64,000 nucleotides of DNA from Acidaminococcaceae bacterium (GTDB taxonomy: Bacteria > Bacillota > Negativicutes > Acidaminococcales > Acidaminococcaceae), in NCBI GenBank assembly GCA_022653215.1, contig JALCSJ010000001.1, forward strand, positions 1,021-65,020. The letters run 5' to 3'. Every line of letters starts with the position of its first letter. The stretch's first letter is position 1. Below, piece by piece: positions 18,331 through 29,220 of this stretch. Position numbers and translations under genes: made by a program. The notes beneath the pieces were generated by a model. The model searched no databases, was not told the DNA's origin, and saw only the letters and a program-made list of their open reading frames with translations.

Positions 18331-19161
18331 ATGAAAAAGATATTTTTGCTTATTGCAATATTGGTAACTATCTTGGTCAGCGGCTGCGCCAAAGGGGAAA
18401 TAACCTTGGAAATCAGCCGTTGGGGTGCAGCGGACCTGTCCTGCCAAGTAGTGTCCGCACCGGTGGTTTCCGGAGTCTTGAATTCTTTTAAAGACGATTT
18501 CAAGCAAGACGGCTATATTATTACCGATGCTAAAGATGGTGATATGGTAGGATTCTTAGCCCAAAAACACTATAATCATCTCCAAGACATAAAAGATTCC
18601 AAGGTACTGGAAACTTTCCGTTTTTCTAAGATAAAAGATGCGGCTAAAGAAGCTCAAAAGCAAAAAGCCCAAGCTCCGACACCAAAAAAACAAGTTCCGG
18701 AAACTAAGGGGCAAGAACCTGAAACTAAGGAAAACAAAGAACAATCCCAGCCTTTGGTCAAAGTCCAGGGTGGCTGGCTTATGGATACAGTAACAATCCA
18801 TACAGGCCTTAATCTGGCTAATGACAAAGCTAAGAACCAGTCCTTTGATGAGCAATTTATCATGAGAAATATTCTGAAAAGCATTGGTCTGAAATTCAAC
18901 TTAAAACTTCCTGTAAAAACCAATTCCAATAATGCCACTACAGTATCTGAAGATGGCAAGACTTTGACCTGGGTCCTTCCTATGGGTGAGAATACTCCGA
19001 TAGATATGGACTTTACCTATGTAAATCCAATTAAAGCAATGTCCTGGCTGGCAGGAGCAGTAATTATCGTAGTAGCAGGAATTTGTGTTCATTCTTATAA
19101 AAAATCTCAAAAATTCAAAGAAAAAATGGCTAAAGAATATGAAAAAACAAACGGAAAATAA
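18331..19161 (+). CDS. lipoprotein of unknown function with a K/E/Q/P-rich linker and a C-terminal TM helix
   Basis: Lipobox LVSGC, low-complexity centre (KEAQKQKAQAPTPKKQVPETKGQEPETKENKEQ) and a C-terminal hydrophobic helix (WLAGAVIIVVAGICV). Confidence 0.6.
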   Translation: MKKIFLLIAILVTILVSGCAKGEITLEISRWGAADLSCQVVSAPVVSGVLNSFKDDFKQDGYIITDAKDGDMVGFLAQKHYNHLQDIKDSKVLETFRFSKIKDAAKEAQKQKAQAPTPKKQVPETKGQEPETKENKEQSQPLVKVQGGWLMDTVTIHTGLNLANDKAKNQSFDEQFIMRNILKSIGLKFNLKLPVKTNSNNATTVSEDGKTLTWVLPMGENTPIDMDFTYVNPIKAMSWLAGAVIIVVAGICVHSYKKSQKFKEKMAKEYEKTNGK

Positions 19162-20041
19162 CACATCAGAAGCAAAGCAGACAGCTTGCCCCAATAGTTC
19201 AGCAAAGCAGTCCGTAAATACTGATTATGAAACAGTATTGGAACATAAATATCAGATATTAACAGCGGAACTGCAAAAAATTCGTAGTGTGGTTATCGGG
19301 TTTTCCGGAGGAGTGGATTCCACGTTTCTGGTAACCGTAGCAGGGAAAATACTGGGAGACAAAGCAGTGGCGGTAATAGTAGCATCGCCTTTTTGCCCTC
19401 AAAGGGAAATGACCGAGGCCAAGGCCTTTGCCACTCAGGCCGGAGTTAATTTCCACATTATTCAAGAAAATCCCTTGGCAGAGGAAAAAATAGCGGCCAA
19501 TCCACCGGACAGATGTTACTATTGCAAAAAACTAATATTTGGTAATGTATTGAAATTCGCTTCAGAACAAGCTATAAAATATGTTGCAGATGGTTCTAAC
19601 GCAGACGATGAAAAAGACTACAGACCCGGGCTTAAGGCACTCAAAGAGCTTAAAATAATCAGCCCCTTGCAATTAGCCGGACTTACTAAAGCAGATATTC
19701 GTGCTTTATCCAGAAAAATGGGACTTCCCACCTGGCAAAAAGAATCAGCGGCCTGTCTTGCCTCCAGAATTCCTTACGGGGAAATAATTACCGGGGAAAA
19801 ACTGGTCAGAGTGGATAAGGCAGAAAACTATTTGCGGCAATTTGCTTTTAGCCACTTGCGGGTTCGCAGTCATGGTGACTTAGCCAGATTAGAAGTTGGT
19901 CAGCAGGACATGGCTTTTTTTGCTAATCCTGACCATCGAATTAAAGTAGCAGAAGAACTAAAAAAACTGGGATTTAATTATGTGGCTCTTGATTTGGAAG
20001 GCTATCGGACCGGAAGCTTAAATGAGGTCTTACCAAAATAA
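19139..20041 (+). CDS. larE: ATP-dependent sacrificial sulfur transferase LarE (PP-loop ATP pyrophosphatase)
   Basis: PP-loop GFSGGVDS and the LarE-type CLASRIPYG motif. The ORF-track start at 19085 lies inside the upstream gene, so ATG 19139 (MKKQTENN) was chosen. The exact start is uncertain. Confidence 0.75.
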   Translation: MKKQTENNTSEAKQTACPNSSAKQSVNTDYETVLEHKYQILTAELQKIRSVVIGFSGGVDSTFLVTVAGKILGDKAVAVIVASPFCPQREMTEAKAFATQAGVNFHIIQENPLAEEKIAANPPDRCYYCKKLIFGNVLKFASEQAIKYVADGSNADDEKDYRPGLKALKELKIISPLQLAGLTKADIRALSRKMGLPTWQKESAACLASRIPYGEIITGEKLVRVDKAENYLRQFAFSHLRVRSHGDLARLEVGQQDMAFFANPDHRIKVAEELKKLGFNYVALDLEGYRTGSLNEVLPK

Positions 20042-20094
20042 GAAAAACATGTTAAAATAATAACATACAAACTAAGTGGGAAGGGTGACGTAAT

Positions 20095-20490
20095 ATGGCG
20101 GAATTTTTGAAAATCAAAAAATTAACAGTTTATGTAGGCGAAGATGTGTTTTTGGGAGATATTCCCTTTTTCAAAGCATTAATGCTGGAAGCAGAAAAAA
20201 TGAAAATCGCCGGTTGTACTGCTTATAAGTGTATCGGTGGCTATGGCAGTGAAGTACGTGGCAAAGAACGCAGATTTTTGATTAATTTTTCTGATCCGAT
20301 TAATTTGCCCATTGTTTTGGAATTCGTAGATAGGGAACAACAGCTGGAAAAGTTGTATCCTTTTGTGGAGGAACATTTACGTCACGGCATGGCGGAAGTG
20401 TCAGATGTAAATGTCATGGTAACTGCTTATGTTAGAAAACAGATTGAAAAAGCAGCTGCCCAAAGAAAGAATCCTGACCCTAAAAATTAA
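20095..20490 (+). CDS. DUF190 (PII-like fold) domain protein
   Basis: 131 aa with the LTVYVGEDVF...AGCTAYKCIGGYG pattern characteristic of DUF190/UPF0166. Confidence 0.7.
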   Translation: MAEFLKIKKLTVYVGEDVFLGDIPFFKALMLEAEKMKIAGCTAYKCIGGYGSEVRGKERRFLINFSDPINLPIVLEFVDREQQLEKLYPFVEEHLRHGMAEVSDVNVMVTAYVRKQIEKAAAQRKNPDPKN

Positions 20491-20553
20491 TCTACAGTAG
20501 GAGAAAAGTGACTGAAAAACTCACATAATGCCTTATGGTCTGTAGAATATATA

Positions 20554-20602
20554 AAGAGCTATAACATAATGATGACAGAACATTGTGTTATAGCTCTTTT
20601 TT
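20554..20602 (+). terminator. rho-independent terminator (TAACATAATGA hairpin family, copy 2)
   Basis: AAGAGCTATAACATAATG / CATTGTGTTATAGCTCTT stem followed by TTTT. Confidence 0.75.
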
Positions 20603-20651
20603 CATTGTATAATACAAGAAGAGTACCGTATGGAAGAAAAGAGGATACATC

Positions 20652-21272
20652 ATGGCTAAAGAAACTGAAATGGAAATAAAACTTTTGGTAGCAAAAGAAG
20701 ACCTGTCCAAGCTGCTGGCCAGCTCTCTCTTTACAGGAACATATATAGCTGATAGTGAGAAAATTTTGCATTTAACCAACTGGTATTATGACACACCGAC
20801 TTTAAGTTTAAAAAACAATGGTTTAGCTTATCGCATCAGAAAAACAAACGAAGCATACGAAGCAACCGTAAAAACCAAAGGACAAAATAGAGGCGGGTTT
20901 TCTATACGGGGAGAATATACAGTGCCTTTGCAGGATAAAAAGGTTATTACAGAGGGTTTTGCTCCGGAAATAGATAGTCAGCTTAAAAAGCTTCTCAAAG
21001 GAACGGCCTTGGGCGAATGGTTTTATATAACAGTTACTCGCCAGGTCTATTTATTGCAGGTAACACCTGAAACTGTTTTAGAAATGTCCATCGATGAAGG
21101 AGAAATTAGGGCAAACCAAGAGCGGGAACTTGTTGCTGAGGTAGAGTTAGAAATAAAAAAAGGCACCAAAGAAGATTTGTTTGCCTTTTTGGGAGCATGC
21201 CAAAAACATTTTACCATTACGCCGGAAACAAGAAGCAAATGGCAAAGAGGCATGGCACTGGCAACAAAATAA
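20652..21272 (+). CDS. CYTH domain protein (triphosphate tunnel metalloenzyme)
   Basis: N-terminal EMEIKLLV (ExExK motif), later basic/acidic strands (AYRIRK, ELEIKKG), ~200 aa. Confidence 0.8.
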   Translation: MAKETEMEIKLLVAKEDLSKLLASSLFTGTYIADSEKILHLTNWYYDTPTLSLKNNGLAYRIRKTNEAYEATVKTKGQNRGGFSIRGEYTVPLQDKKVITEGFAPEIDSQLKKLLKGTALGEWFYITVTRQVYLLQVTPETVLEMSIDEGEIRANQERELVAEVELEIKKGTKEDLFAFLGACQKHFTITPETRSKWQRGMALATK

Positions 21273-21395
21273 AAAGATTCTGTAAGATTAAAAGGTCTGT
21301 AATTGCTGGAAAATAAGTCGGAATAATGAGGCCAAAAGGCAAAAGTCAAAAAAACAAAATAATGTTTGACTTTTTGACCTTTAAGGAGTAAAATA

Positions 21396-21431
21396 AACAA
21401 CAGGAAATGGAAAAGTCCACTTCCTGTTGTT
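21396..21431. terminator. hairpin terminator between convergent genes
   Basis: AACAACAGGAAATGG / CCACTTCCTGTTGTT forms a 15-bp stem with 1 mismatch. A U-rich run follows on the minus strand (TTTATTTTA). Confidence 0.6.
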
Positions 21432-21445
21432 AGTATTAACAGGTA

Positions 21446-22513
21446 TTAACGTATGAATGATGAGTAGATGAGAAGGAGAACGGCTATAACCAAAAGACTT
21501 ACACAGGAATAACCAATCTTGACGAACCTGTGCATAAGAACTTCTTCGTTAAGCAGGTTGTAGCATCTTTGAATAACACTGATTTTATTCTCAATATTCT
21601 CACGCCATACGGAAGTCTTTAGCAGCTGCATATAGCGGCTGTAAACACGGGCGTTAAAAATATCTTCAGTAACTTGCAAAGCATTATCAATGTTACTGGT
21701 AAGAACACTCATATCGGCCATAACTTCCATTAAGTTATTGCGAATGTGCCGATAAGAGGAAGCACGTTGGCTGCTGTCGCTCTTTTTGTTAGCAGCATCC
21801 AGCTCTCCGTAAGAATGGTCGATGGCTTTGTTCAAGGCATCGTCATAGTAGCGCAGTTCCAGGAACTGGGCATTGGCGAATTCCAAAAGGTCAGGCAAGT
21901 CCATACTGCCGGTTTTATCAAAGATAATAGCGGAATCCCAAGTGAGATATGTTTCATCATCGGAACCGTAGGAAAAGCGGTTAGAGAGACTGTCCTTAAT
22001 GGTTTCAGGACTAAGTGGTGATTTGTCTTTGTCCAGAATAGGAGCAAAATCCCAGGCAGGCAATGGATCATTAAAGTAATAAACTACGAAGTCTTCATCA
22101 AAATCAGAAATACGCATTCTGGTGCAGGCCGGTTTAATAGTTTCGGAAGTTGCTTGAATATATTCAAGAATAACATCTTCCGGCAATTTGCCGACAGCTA
22201 TAGCCAGGTCAACGTATTGTTCGTAAGTTATGTCTTCCGGGACTTCGAGTTTTATAATCAAGCTAACAACGCCCAAATCAAAAATACGGGCTTTGATTTC
22301 CGCTAAATAGGTAATCCCGGCAAAAGTCATTTCATGATTGCCCAGTTCAACAAGAACAGGGGGATCTTTAAAAGAAATGGAGTGAGGAGAAACTTTTTCC
22401 AGACGTAAGCGTGAAGCTATTTTGTTACGGCTGGTCCACAAAGCTTCAACCAGATCCAGGTTAATTTCGTCAGCAACATCAAACAGATGGTAAATATAAA
22501 TAGACGATTTCAT
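21446..22513 (-). CDS. conserved hypothetical protein with a C-terminal TM anchor (possibly RMD1/DUF155-like)
   Basis: 355-aa soluble domain plus a terminal hydrophobic helix (CVSLLVIAVLLLIYSSF). The family assignment is from memory only and is weak. Confidence 0.45.
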   Translation of the reverse strand: MKSSIYIYHLFDVADEINLDLVEALWTSRNKIASRLRLEKVSPHSISFKDPPVLVELGNHEMTFAGITYLAEIKARIFDLGVVSLIIKLEVPEDITYEQYVDLAIAVGKLPEDVILEYIQATSETIKPACTRMRISDFDEDFVVYYFNDPLPAWDFAPILDKDKSPLSPETIKDSLSNRFSYGSDDETYLTWDSAIIFDKTGSMDLPDLLEFANAQFLELRYYDDALNKAIDHSYGELDAANKKSDSSQRASSYRHIRNNLMEVMADMSVLTSNIDNALQVTEDIFNARVYSRYMQLLKTSVWRENIENKISVIQRCYNLLNEEVLMHRFVKIGYSCVSLLVIAVLLLIYSSFIR

Positions 22514-22636
22514 GGTAACCTCCTACGGATACTATTTGCTTAATCATACTATTTTGCGGGGAAAAGTGCAATTGTGTATTTTATTAAAATCACTATTTTT
22601 ATTTAGTTTTTCAGTTAATTTTCGGAGGTGTTAAAA

Positions 22637-25183
22637 ATGAATGCAGCACGTTATGATGAAGAAGTAAAAGGTTTATTGGAGGCAGCTCAGCAACAGGCTG
22701 TCATGAATTACAATCAAGAGGTATCTTCCAAGCATCTTTTGGCAGCTTTATGCGGCCAGAATGATGGGTTTTTCCCTTATGTTTTAAAAACTTTGCATAT
22801 TGATGCAGATGCTTTTATCAGAGAAGCAAAACATTTGGTTCAAGAAATACCACAAGTTAAAGGCACAGATGATTTGCGTATGAGCATGGGTTATGCCAGA
22901 GTTTTTGCCGTGGCTGAACAACAGGCCGGCCAGGGTAATGTTAATATTGGTCACCTGGTCAGTGCTTTGGTAGAAGACGGTGACACAGATGTTGTTGCTT
23001 TGTGCCGTAAATACGGTATCAGCCGTAAGCTTGTAAACGAGCTTTATGCTAAATACCAGGGGGGCCAGGACAATGATGAGAATAAAAAGACCTTGGAAAA
23101 ATTCGGTCAGGATTTAACTTTGAAAGCTAAAAAAGGTGCATTGGACCCGGTTATCGGTCGTGATGATGAAATCCGTCGTACCATTGAAATTTTGTCAAGA
23201 CGTAAGAAAAATAATCCTGTGCTGATTGGTGAACCGGGCGTAGGCAAAACTGCTATTGTAGAAGGATTGGCTCGCCGTATTGTAGCCGGTGATGTGCCGG
23301 AAATGTTAAAAAATAAAACTTTGTATGCTTTGGATCTGGCTTCTTTGGTAGCCGGAGCTAAATACAGAGGCGAATTCGAAGAACGTTTAAAGAAAATTTT
23401 AAAAATCGTTTCTGAGTCTTCAGGACAAATTATTATGTTCATCGATGAACTGCATACTGTGGTAGGTGCAGGGGCATCCGAAGGTTCCATGGATGCCGGC
23501 AATATTCTGAAACCTATGCTGGCAAGAGGTGAACTCCGTTGCATTGGTGCTACTACTATCAATGAGTATCGTAAATATATTGAAAAAGATAGTGCTTTGG
23601 AACGTAGATTCCAACCGGTTTTGGTCAAAGAACCCAGCGTAGAAGATACTGTATCAATTTTACGTGGTCTCCGTGAACGTTACGAAGTTCACCATGGTGT
23701 AAGAATTAAAGATGCTGCTTTAGTGGCAGCGGCAGTTCTTTCCAATCGCTATATTAATGACCGTTTCCTGCCGGATAAGGCTATTGACCTAGTAGATGAA
23801 GCAGCTGCCAGACTTCGTACCGAGATAGACTCCATGCCTGTGGAACTGGATGAAAGCAAACGGAGAATTTTGCAGCTGCAAATTGAAGAGCAGGCTTTGT
23901 CCAAAGAAACAGATGTTCAATCTAAAGCCCGTATGGAAAAAATCAAAGCAGAATTGCAGAAATTAAAGACAGACAATGATGCTTTAACCAAACAATGGGA
24001 TGCTGAAAAAGCAGCCATTGCCAAGGTTAGAGAAGTGAAAAAAGAAATTGATGCCGTTAATAAAGAAATGGAAAAAGCTGAACGGGAATATGATTTAAAC
24101 AAATTGGCAGAATTAAAATATGGTCGTATGCCCAGTCTCCAAAAACAACTGGAAGCTTTGGAAAAGGCTAACAACAGCGACAAGAGATTACTGAAAGAAG
24201 AAGTGGACGAAGACGATATTGCCAAAGTGGTCAGCACTTGGACAGGAGTTCCTGTGACTCGTCTGGTAGAGGGAGAGAAACAAAAACTCATTCACTTAGA
24301 CGAAATTTTGCATAAGAGAGTCGTTGGACAAGACGAAGCAGTTAAGGCTGTCAGTGAGGCTGTGATTCGTGCCAGAGCAGGTATTAAAGATCCTAACAGA
24401 CCTATTGGTTCCTTTATTTTCCTGGGACCTACCGGCGTTGGTAAAACCGAACTGGCTAAAGCCTTGGCAGAGGTTTTATTTAATGATGAGCGTAATATTA
24501 TTCGTATCGATATGAGCGAATATATGGAGAAACATACAGTTTCCCGTTTGATTGGCGCTCCTCCAGGCTATGTAGGCTATGAAGAAGGGGGCCAATTAAC
24601 TGAGGCTGTGCGTAGACATCCTTATTCTGTAGTACTCTTCGATGAAATCGAAAAAGCTCATGCCGACGTGTTTAATGTTCTGCTGCAGGTTTTGGATGAT
24701 GGTCGTTTAACGGATGGTCAAGGTCGTAATGTAGACTTTAAGAACACTTTGATTATCATGACCAGTAACATTGGTTCTCACGAAATCATGGAAAGAAAGG
24801 GCAAGATTTCTCACGAAGAAGTTCAGCAAATGCTGATGAAATTCTTCCGTCCTGAATTCTTGAACCGTGTTGATGATATTGTGGTATTCAAGGCTTTGGA
24901 GAAACCGCAGATTAAAGAAATTGTTAAACTCATTCTCCATGAATTGGGGGCTAGACTTCATAATCAAATGGAACTTACTCTTACCGCTTCTGACGGGGCA
25001 ATAGAGTATCTGGCCAATACCGGGTTTGACCCTGCTTTTGGTGCTCGTCCGTTAAAGAGATTGATTGTTCATACTGTAGAAACTGTAGTCAGCATGAAAA
25101 TCGTGGACGGTGAAATTAAAGCCGGTGACCATATTGAAATAGTTTATGAGAACAATAAGATTGACGTAAAAATAGTAAAATAG
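22637..25183 (+). CDS. clpB: ATP-dependent chaperone ClpB
   Basis: Two AAA+ modules (GEPGVGKT and GPTGVGKT) and a long coiled-coil middle domain. ATG 22637 with GGAGGTG upstream is preferred to GTG 22628. Confidence 0.95.
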   Translation: MNAARYDEEVKGLLEAAQQQAVMNYNQEVSSKHLLAALCGQNDGFFPYVLKTLHIDADAFIREAKHLVQEIPQVKGTDDLRMSMGYARVFAVAEQQAGQGNVNIGHLVSALVEDGDTDVVALCRKYGISRKLVNELYAKYQGGQDNDENKKTLEKFGQDLTLKAKKGALDPVIGRDDEIRRTIEILSRRKKNNPVLIGEPGVGKTAIVEGLARRIVAGDVPEMLKNKTLYALDLASLVAGAKYRGEFEERLKKILKIVSESSGQIIMFIDELHTVVGAGASEGSMDAGNILKPMLARGELRCIGATTINEYRKYIEKDSALERRFQPVLVKEPSVEDTVSILRGLRERYEVHHGVRIKDAALVAAAVLSNRYINDRFLPDKAIDLVDEAAARLRTEIDSMPVELDESKRRILQLQIEEQALSKETDVQSKARMEKIKAELQKLKTDNDALTKQWDAEKAAIAKVREVKKEIDAVNKEMEKAEREYDLNKLAELKYGRMPSLQKQLEALEKANNSDKRLLKEEVDEDDIAKVVSTWTGVPVTRLVEGEKQKLIHLDEILHKRVVGQDEAVKAVSEAVIRARAGIKDPNRPIGSFIFLGPTGVGKTELAKALAEVLFNDERNIIRIDMSEYMEKHTVSRLIGAPPGYVGYEEGGQLTEAVRRHPYSVVLFDEIEKAHADVFNVLLQVLDDGRLTDGQGRNVDFKNTLIIMTSNIGSHEIMERKGKISHEEVQQMLMKFFRPEFLNRVDDIVVFKALEKPQIKEIVKLILHELGARLHNQMELTLTASDGAIEYLANTGFDPAFGARPLKRLIVHTVETVVSMKIVDGEIKAGDHIEIVYENNKIDVKIVK

Positions 25184-25192
25184 AAAAGCAGA

Positions 25193-25224
25193 AAAATCCT
25201 CTCGTTAAGAGAGGATTTTTTTTT
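25193..25224 (+). terminator. clpB rho-independent terminator
   Basis: AAAATCCTCTC-GTTAA-GAGAGGATTTT followed by a T run. Confidence 0.85.
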
Positions 25225-25241
25225 CATCGTAATAAAAAAAG

Positions 25242-25270
25242 TTGAATATATGTAGCAGGCATTGTATAAT
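25242..25270 (+). promoter_or_regulatory. sigma70-type promoter for the transporter gene
   Basis: TTGAAT - 17 nt - TATAAT. Confidence 0.55.
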
Positions 25271-25336
25271 ATTAAAGTTACTACAAATGATAATAGTTTG
25301 CTATTATTATTACAACAACAAACTAGGAGGTTTTTC

Positions 25337-26524
25337 ATGAGTAAATTAAAAGATAATCTAATTGTAAGGCTTGTAATCGGGGTGGCACTAGGCGTAATAA
25401 TAGGATTAAACGCCAGTGAATCAGTAATCGGAATTGTCAATACCATAAAGTTTATTTTAGGTCAGATTATTTTCTTCACAGTTCCTTTAATCGTTTTTGG
25501 TTTCATTGCGCCATCTATAACGCAAATGAAAGCTAATGCCAGTAAAATGCTGGGAGTTATGCTGGGACTGGCTTATGCTTCATCCGTAGGAGCCGCACTG
25601 ATGTCCATGGTAGCAGGGTATCTTATTATTCCTCATTTAAATATTGTTACCAGTGTAGAAGGTTTGAAAAAAATTCCTGACTTGATTTTCAAAGTGGAAA
25701 TTCCCCCGCCTTTTTCTGTTATGACGGCTTTAGCTTTAGCACTTATGATAGGCCTGGCTGTTATTTGGAGCAAGTCAGAACTATGCGAAAAAGTTTTAAA
25801 TGAAGTTCAAAATATCATGTTAAGTATTGTTACTAACATTATTATTCCCATTTTACCTGTTTTCGTGGCAACAACTTTTGCCGGTTTGGCATACGAAGGT
25901 TCTATTACAAAACAGTTCCCTGTGTTCTTAAAGGTTATTGTTATCGTGCTGATTGGGCACTATATCTGGTTGGCTGTTTTGTATGGTTTAGGTGGAATTA
26001 TTTCCGGCAACAATCCCTGGGAAGTTTTGAGACATTATGGTCCGGCTTATTTAACTGCAGTTGGGACCATGTCTTCTGCAGCGACTTTACCAATTGCCTT
26101 GAATTGTGCCAGAAAGTCTAAGGTTTTGGATTTAGAAATAACCAACTTTGCTGTTCCCATGGGAGCCACAGTTCATCTGTGCGGATCCGTATTAACAGAA
26201 GTGTTTTTCTGTATGACTATTTCTAAAATTTTATATGGCCAGGTTCCACCCCTGGGCACCATGTTGCTTTTCATTTTCTTGTTAGGTATTTTTGCTATCG
26301 GGGCACCCGGCGTTCCCGGAGGAACAGTAATGGCATCTTTGGGGATTATTATTTCCGTTTTGGGTTTCAAAGAAAACGGCACAGCTTTAATGCTTACTGT
26401 TTTTGCTTTACAAGATAGCTTTGGTACGGCCTGCAATGTAACAGGGGATGGTGCTTTAGCTCTTATGCTCAATGGTATTTTCCGCAAAACATTAGCTAAA
26501 GAACAGGCTGCGCAAAATAATTAA
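25337..26524 (+). CDS. dicarboxylate/amino acid:cation symporter (DAACS family)
   Basis: Polytopic protein with DAACS-type motifs (SSAATLP, GAPGVPGG, TGDGALAL). ATG 25337 follows AGGAGG, so the ORF-track extension is rejected. Confidence 0.85.
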   Translation: MSKLKDNLIVRLVIGVALGVIIGLNASESVIGIVNTIKFILGQIIFFTVPLIVFGFIAPSITQMKANASKMLGVMLGLAYASSVGAALMSMVAGYLIIPHLNIVTSVEGLKKIPDLIFKVEIPPPFSVMTALALALMIGLAVIWSKSELCEKVLNEVQNIMLSIVTNIIIPILPVFVATTFAGLAYEGSITKQFPVFLKVIVIVLIGHYIWLAVLYGLGGIISGNNPWEVLRHYGPAYLTAVGTMSSAATLPIALNCARKSKVLDLEITNFAVPMGATVHLCGSVLTEVFFCMTISKILYGQVPPLGTMLLFIFLLGIFAIGAPGVPGGTVMASLGIIISVLGFKENGTALMLTVFALQDSFGTACNVTGDGALALMLNGIFRKTLAKEQAAQNN

Positions 26525-26705
26525 TAGAGTGACAGAAAGATAACACGCTTTTTTCGACCTAAGCTAAACAAAACATGTGAAATAGAATTTACATTTGCCG
26601 TCTCTTATATGTGCTATAATAAAATAGTAAATCGGCTTATAGCCGAGGAAAAAACTTTTACTGCCTTATTTGCATAAGGTAAATTTATATGAGGATGGCG
26701 AGAAT

Positions 26706-27653
26706 ATGAAAATTGTAGATTTGCATTGTGACACAATTACCGAGTTGGAAAAGCAGCACAAACAACTGCGTAAAAACGACATGAATCTTGATTTGCTCCG
26801 CATGAAAGAGCAAGGTATTACGCTCCAGGATTTCGCTATTTTTGTAAGAATGACTGAGTATAAGAATGTAGAAGAAGCTTGGCAGTACACTCTGAATATT
26901 TGCAAATTTTTTAAAGATCAAATGGCGGCTAATAAAGACTTAGTCAGCCAGGTGATTTCTTACAAAGATATAGAAGAAAATATGGCTAAAGGAAAAATTT
27001 CTGCTCTTTTATCAGTAGAAGAGGGCGGCGTTCTGGGAGAAAACATTGAACGGGTGGCTGAACTTTACAAGCAAGGTGTTCGCCTGATTACTATTTCCTG
27101 GAACTTCGAGAACTCTCTTGGTTATCCCCATTCTTTAACTGAATCTACAGAAGACAAGCATTTAAAACCCTTTGGCAGAGAAGTAGTTAAAACTATGGAT
27201 GAATTGCATATGATTGTAGATGTATCTCATTCCGGAGACGGAGATTTCTGGGATGTGGCAGATATTGTTAAAGGCCCCTTTGTTGCCTCCCACTCAGATG
27301 CCAGAGCTATCGAAGGTCATTCCAGAAACTTAACTGATCCTATGATTAAGACTCTAGCTGAACACGGCGGCGTAATGGGTATTAATTTCTTTAGCAAGTT
27401 CTTGGGCCATGACGGAACCGGCAGCATCGACCAAATGGTTACCCACATTAAACATATTAAACAAGTGGGTGGCATTGACGTTATTGGTTTAGGAAGTGAC
27501 TTTGACGGCTTCGGCGGTGCCAGCGGTGTGCGTACCTGTGAAGATTTCCCGAAACTGTTTGCTGCTTTGAGCAAAGCAGGTTTTACTGATGGTGAGTTAG
27601 AAAAAATATCTCATAAGAACGCTTTGCGGGTTATGCAGGATGTCTTAAAATAA
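26706..27653 (+). CDS. membrane-dipeptidase family (M19) dipeptidase
   Basis: MKIVDLHCDT (HxD metal site), DVSHSGD and GLGSDFDG motifs. Confidence 0.85.
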   Translation: MKIVDLHCDTITELEKQHKQLRKNDMNLDLLRMKEQGITLQDFAIFVRMTEYKNVEEAWQYTLNICKFFKDQMAANKDLVSQVISYKDIEENMAKGKISALLSVEEGGVLGENIERVAELYKQGVRLITISWNFENSLGYPHSLTESTEDKHLKPFGREVVKTMDELHMIVDVSHSGDGDFWDVADIVKGPFVASHSDARAIEGHSRNLTDPMIKTLAEHGGVMGINFFSKFLGHDGTGSIDQMVTHIKHIKQVGGIDVIGLGSDFDGFGGASGVRTCEDFPKLFAALSKAGFTDGELEKISHKNALRVMQDVLK

Positions 27654-27666
27654 TAGGGGAGAAACC

Positions 27667-28791
27667 ATGAACAAGGAACTGAAAATCAAAGTATTTTCCT
27701 ATGTAAAAAAGAATTTGCCTGAACTGGTACGACTGATTTACGATGTAACAAGCATACCTTCACCTACAGGTTCTGAGGGAAAAAAGGCTGCTTGGATTAT
27801 GGAAACCTTAAAGAGTTTCGGCGCTGAGGGAATGTATATTGACGCAGTTGGTAATGTTATTTATCCTTACCACATTGAAGGTAAAACTAAATTCCCTATG
27901 TACGGAGCTCATATTGATACCGTATTTGCCGGTTTGGATAATATTCAGCCGGAAATAGACGGAGTCATTATGCAAGGTGCTTCCTGCGGTGATAACAGTT
28001 CTAATGTGGCAGCCATGCTCTTTGCCATTAAGATGTTTTTACAACTTAACATCGTGACTAAAGAAGGCATGGTCTTTGTTTTTAACGTAGGCGAAGAAGG
28101 CTTGGGAAATTTAAAGGGCGCCAAATTCTTAATCAAAGAATGGGGCAGCAGGATTTCTTCTTATCTGGCAACAGATTGCTACAATGATGACTTTGTGAAT
28201 CTGGCAGTTGGTTCCACCCGCTATAAAGTAACTGTTCATGCAGAGGGTGGTCATAGCTGGTTTGCTTTCGGCAACACTAATGCTATTCATACGGCTTCAG
28301 ATATTATTCATGAGTTCTATCACATGACCGTGCCTGAAACACCCAGGACTACTTACAACATTGGTACTATTGCCGGCGGGACTACAGTTAATTCCATTGC
28401 AGAAACCGCAGAATTTACCGTGGATATGCGCTCGGAAAATCAAGTGGAACTGGATAAGTTAGAAGAGCAATTCAAAAACATTCTGGCCAAATTCCGTTCG
28501 AAAAAAGTTGCTGTTGAGGCAGAAATGATCGGCCAAAGACCCTGCAGCAACGGACTGATTCAAGACGAAATCTATGACAGGATTGTCAATATCAGAAAAG
28601 CCCATGATTTACCCACCGTATTTCAAGGTGCCAGTACCGATGCCAATGTGCCTTTGAGTGTAGGGATTCCTGCTCTGTCTTTTGGACTGGGAAAAGGCAC
28701 CGGCATGCATAAGGTTAATGAAACCTTGGATTTATCTACTATTGAATTCGGCATGAACCAATTCCTGGAATACATGCTGTATAATGATTAG
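27667..28791 (+). CDS. M20 family metallopeptidase (peptidase T / deacylase-like)
   Basis: GAHIDTVF, GDNSSNVA and VGEEGLGNLKG motifs. Dimerisation-domain-sized insert. Confidence 0.8.
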   Translation: MNKELKIKVFSYVKKNLPELVRLIYDVTSIPSPTGSEGKKAAWIMETLKSFGAEGMYIDAVGNVIYPYHIEGKTKFPMYGAHIDTVFAGLDNIQPEIDGVIMQGASCGDNSSNVAAMLFAIKMFLQLNIVTKEGMVFVFNVGEEGLGNLKGAKFLIKEWGSRISSYLATDCYNDDFVNLAVGSTRYKVTVHAEGGHSWFAFGNTNAIHTASDIIHEFYHMTVPETPRTTYNIGTIAGGTTVNSIAETAEFTVDMRSENQVELDKLEEQFKNILAKFRSKKVAVEAEMIGQRPCSNGLIQDEIYDRIVNIRKAHDLPTVFQGASTDANVPLSVGIPALSFGLGKGTGMHKVNETLDLSTIEFGMNQFLEYMLYND

Positions 28792-28834
28792 TAAAGCAGA
28801 AAATACATTTACAAATAGTCATGGATTTTTTTCC

Positions 28835-28863
28835 TTGACAATGGTTTTTCGTAGTGCTAGTAT
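28835..28863 (+). promoter_or_regulatory. sigma70-type promoter of the trp leader
   Basis: TTGACA - 17 nt - TAGTAT. Confidence 0.55.
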
Positions 28864-28869
28864 AAGTAC

Positions 28870-29150
28870 ATAATTTAATAAACCTATTCAAAACCATTGA
28901 GGTGGAGATAACGTCTGAAAATGTATTTACAGAGAGTCCGGGGTGCTGAAAACCGGGCATTGGCAGTCAGGCAAATGGACCACCGAGGGTGCAGTGAAAT
29001 CGTACAACCGAAATTACTCTGCAACGTCACAGCCGCGTTAAGGATGAGGAATGTGTTAGCATTCTGCTTAAGCGTATGAACCTGTGGGTTCATATAACAA
29101 GGTGGTACCGCAGACTTTTAAGCCTGTCCTTGACGAGGACAGGCTTTTTT
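28870..29150 (+). promoter_or_regulatory. T-box leader (tRNA-Trp specifier UGG) with terminator
   Basis: AGAGAGT element in stem I. Specifier-loop context AAA-UGG-A at 28975-28977. Conserved T-box AAGGTGGTACCGCAG at 29099-29113. Terminator AGCCTGTCCT..AGGACAGGCT + T6 at 29121-29150. Confidence 0.85.
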
Positions 29151-29160
29151 ATTTTTACAA

Positions 29161-29220
29161 ACGGCGGGTAGCTATTTTGTTGGCATATGCTAACGAAAAC
29201 TACCCGTCGTTTTTTATTTT
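29161..29220 (+). terminator. second terminator-like hairpin between the T-box terminator and the trpE RBS
   Basis: An 11-bp outer stem (ACGGCGGGTAG/CTACCCGTCGT, one G-U) plus a 6-bp inner stem, followed by TTTTTATTTT. It abuts AGGAGGA. Confidence 0.55.

Noticed and set aside
21345-21395. CtsR-like heptads (AGTCAAA at 21345; GGTCAAA-A-AGTCAAA on the minus strand at 21366-21380) overlapping a TTGACT-17-TAAAAT promoter-like sequence
   Set aside because: The heptad spacer is 1 nt instead of the 3 nt of the CtsR consensus. The predicted transcription start would fall inside the left arm of the convergent-gene terminator. No gene or plausible small ORF follows, and clpB is on the far side of another gene.
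22514-22636. CIRCE (HrcA) or CtsR operator upstream of clpB
   Set aside because: Neither TTAGCACTC-N9-GAGTGCTAA nor a tandem GGTCAAA repeat is present in the clpB upstream region.
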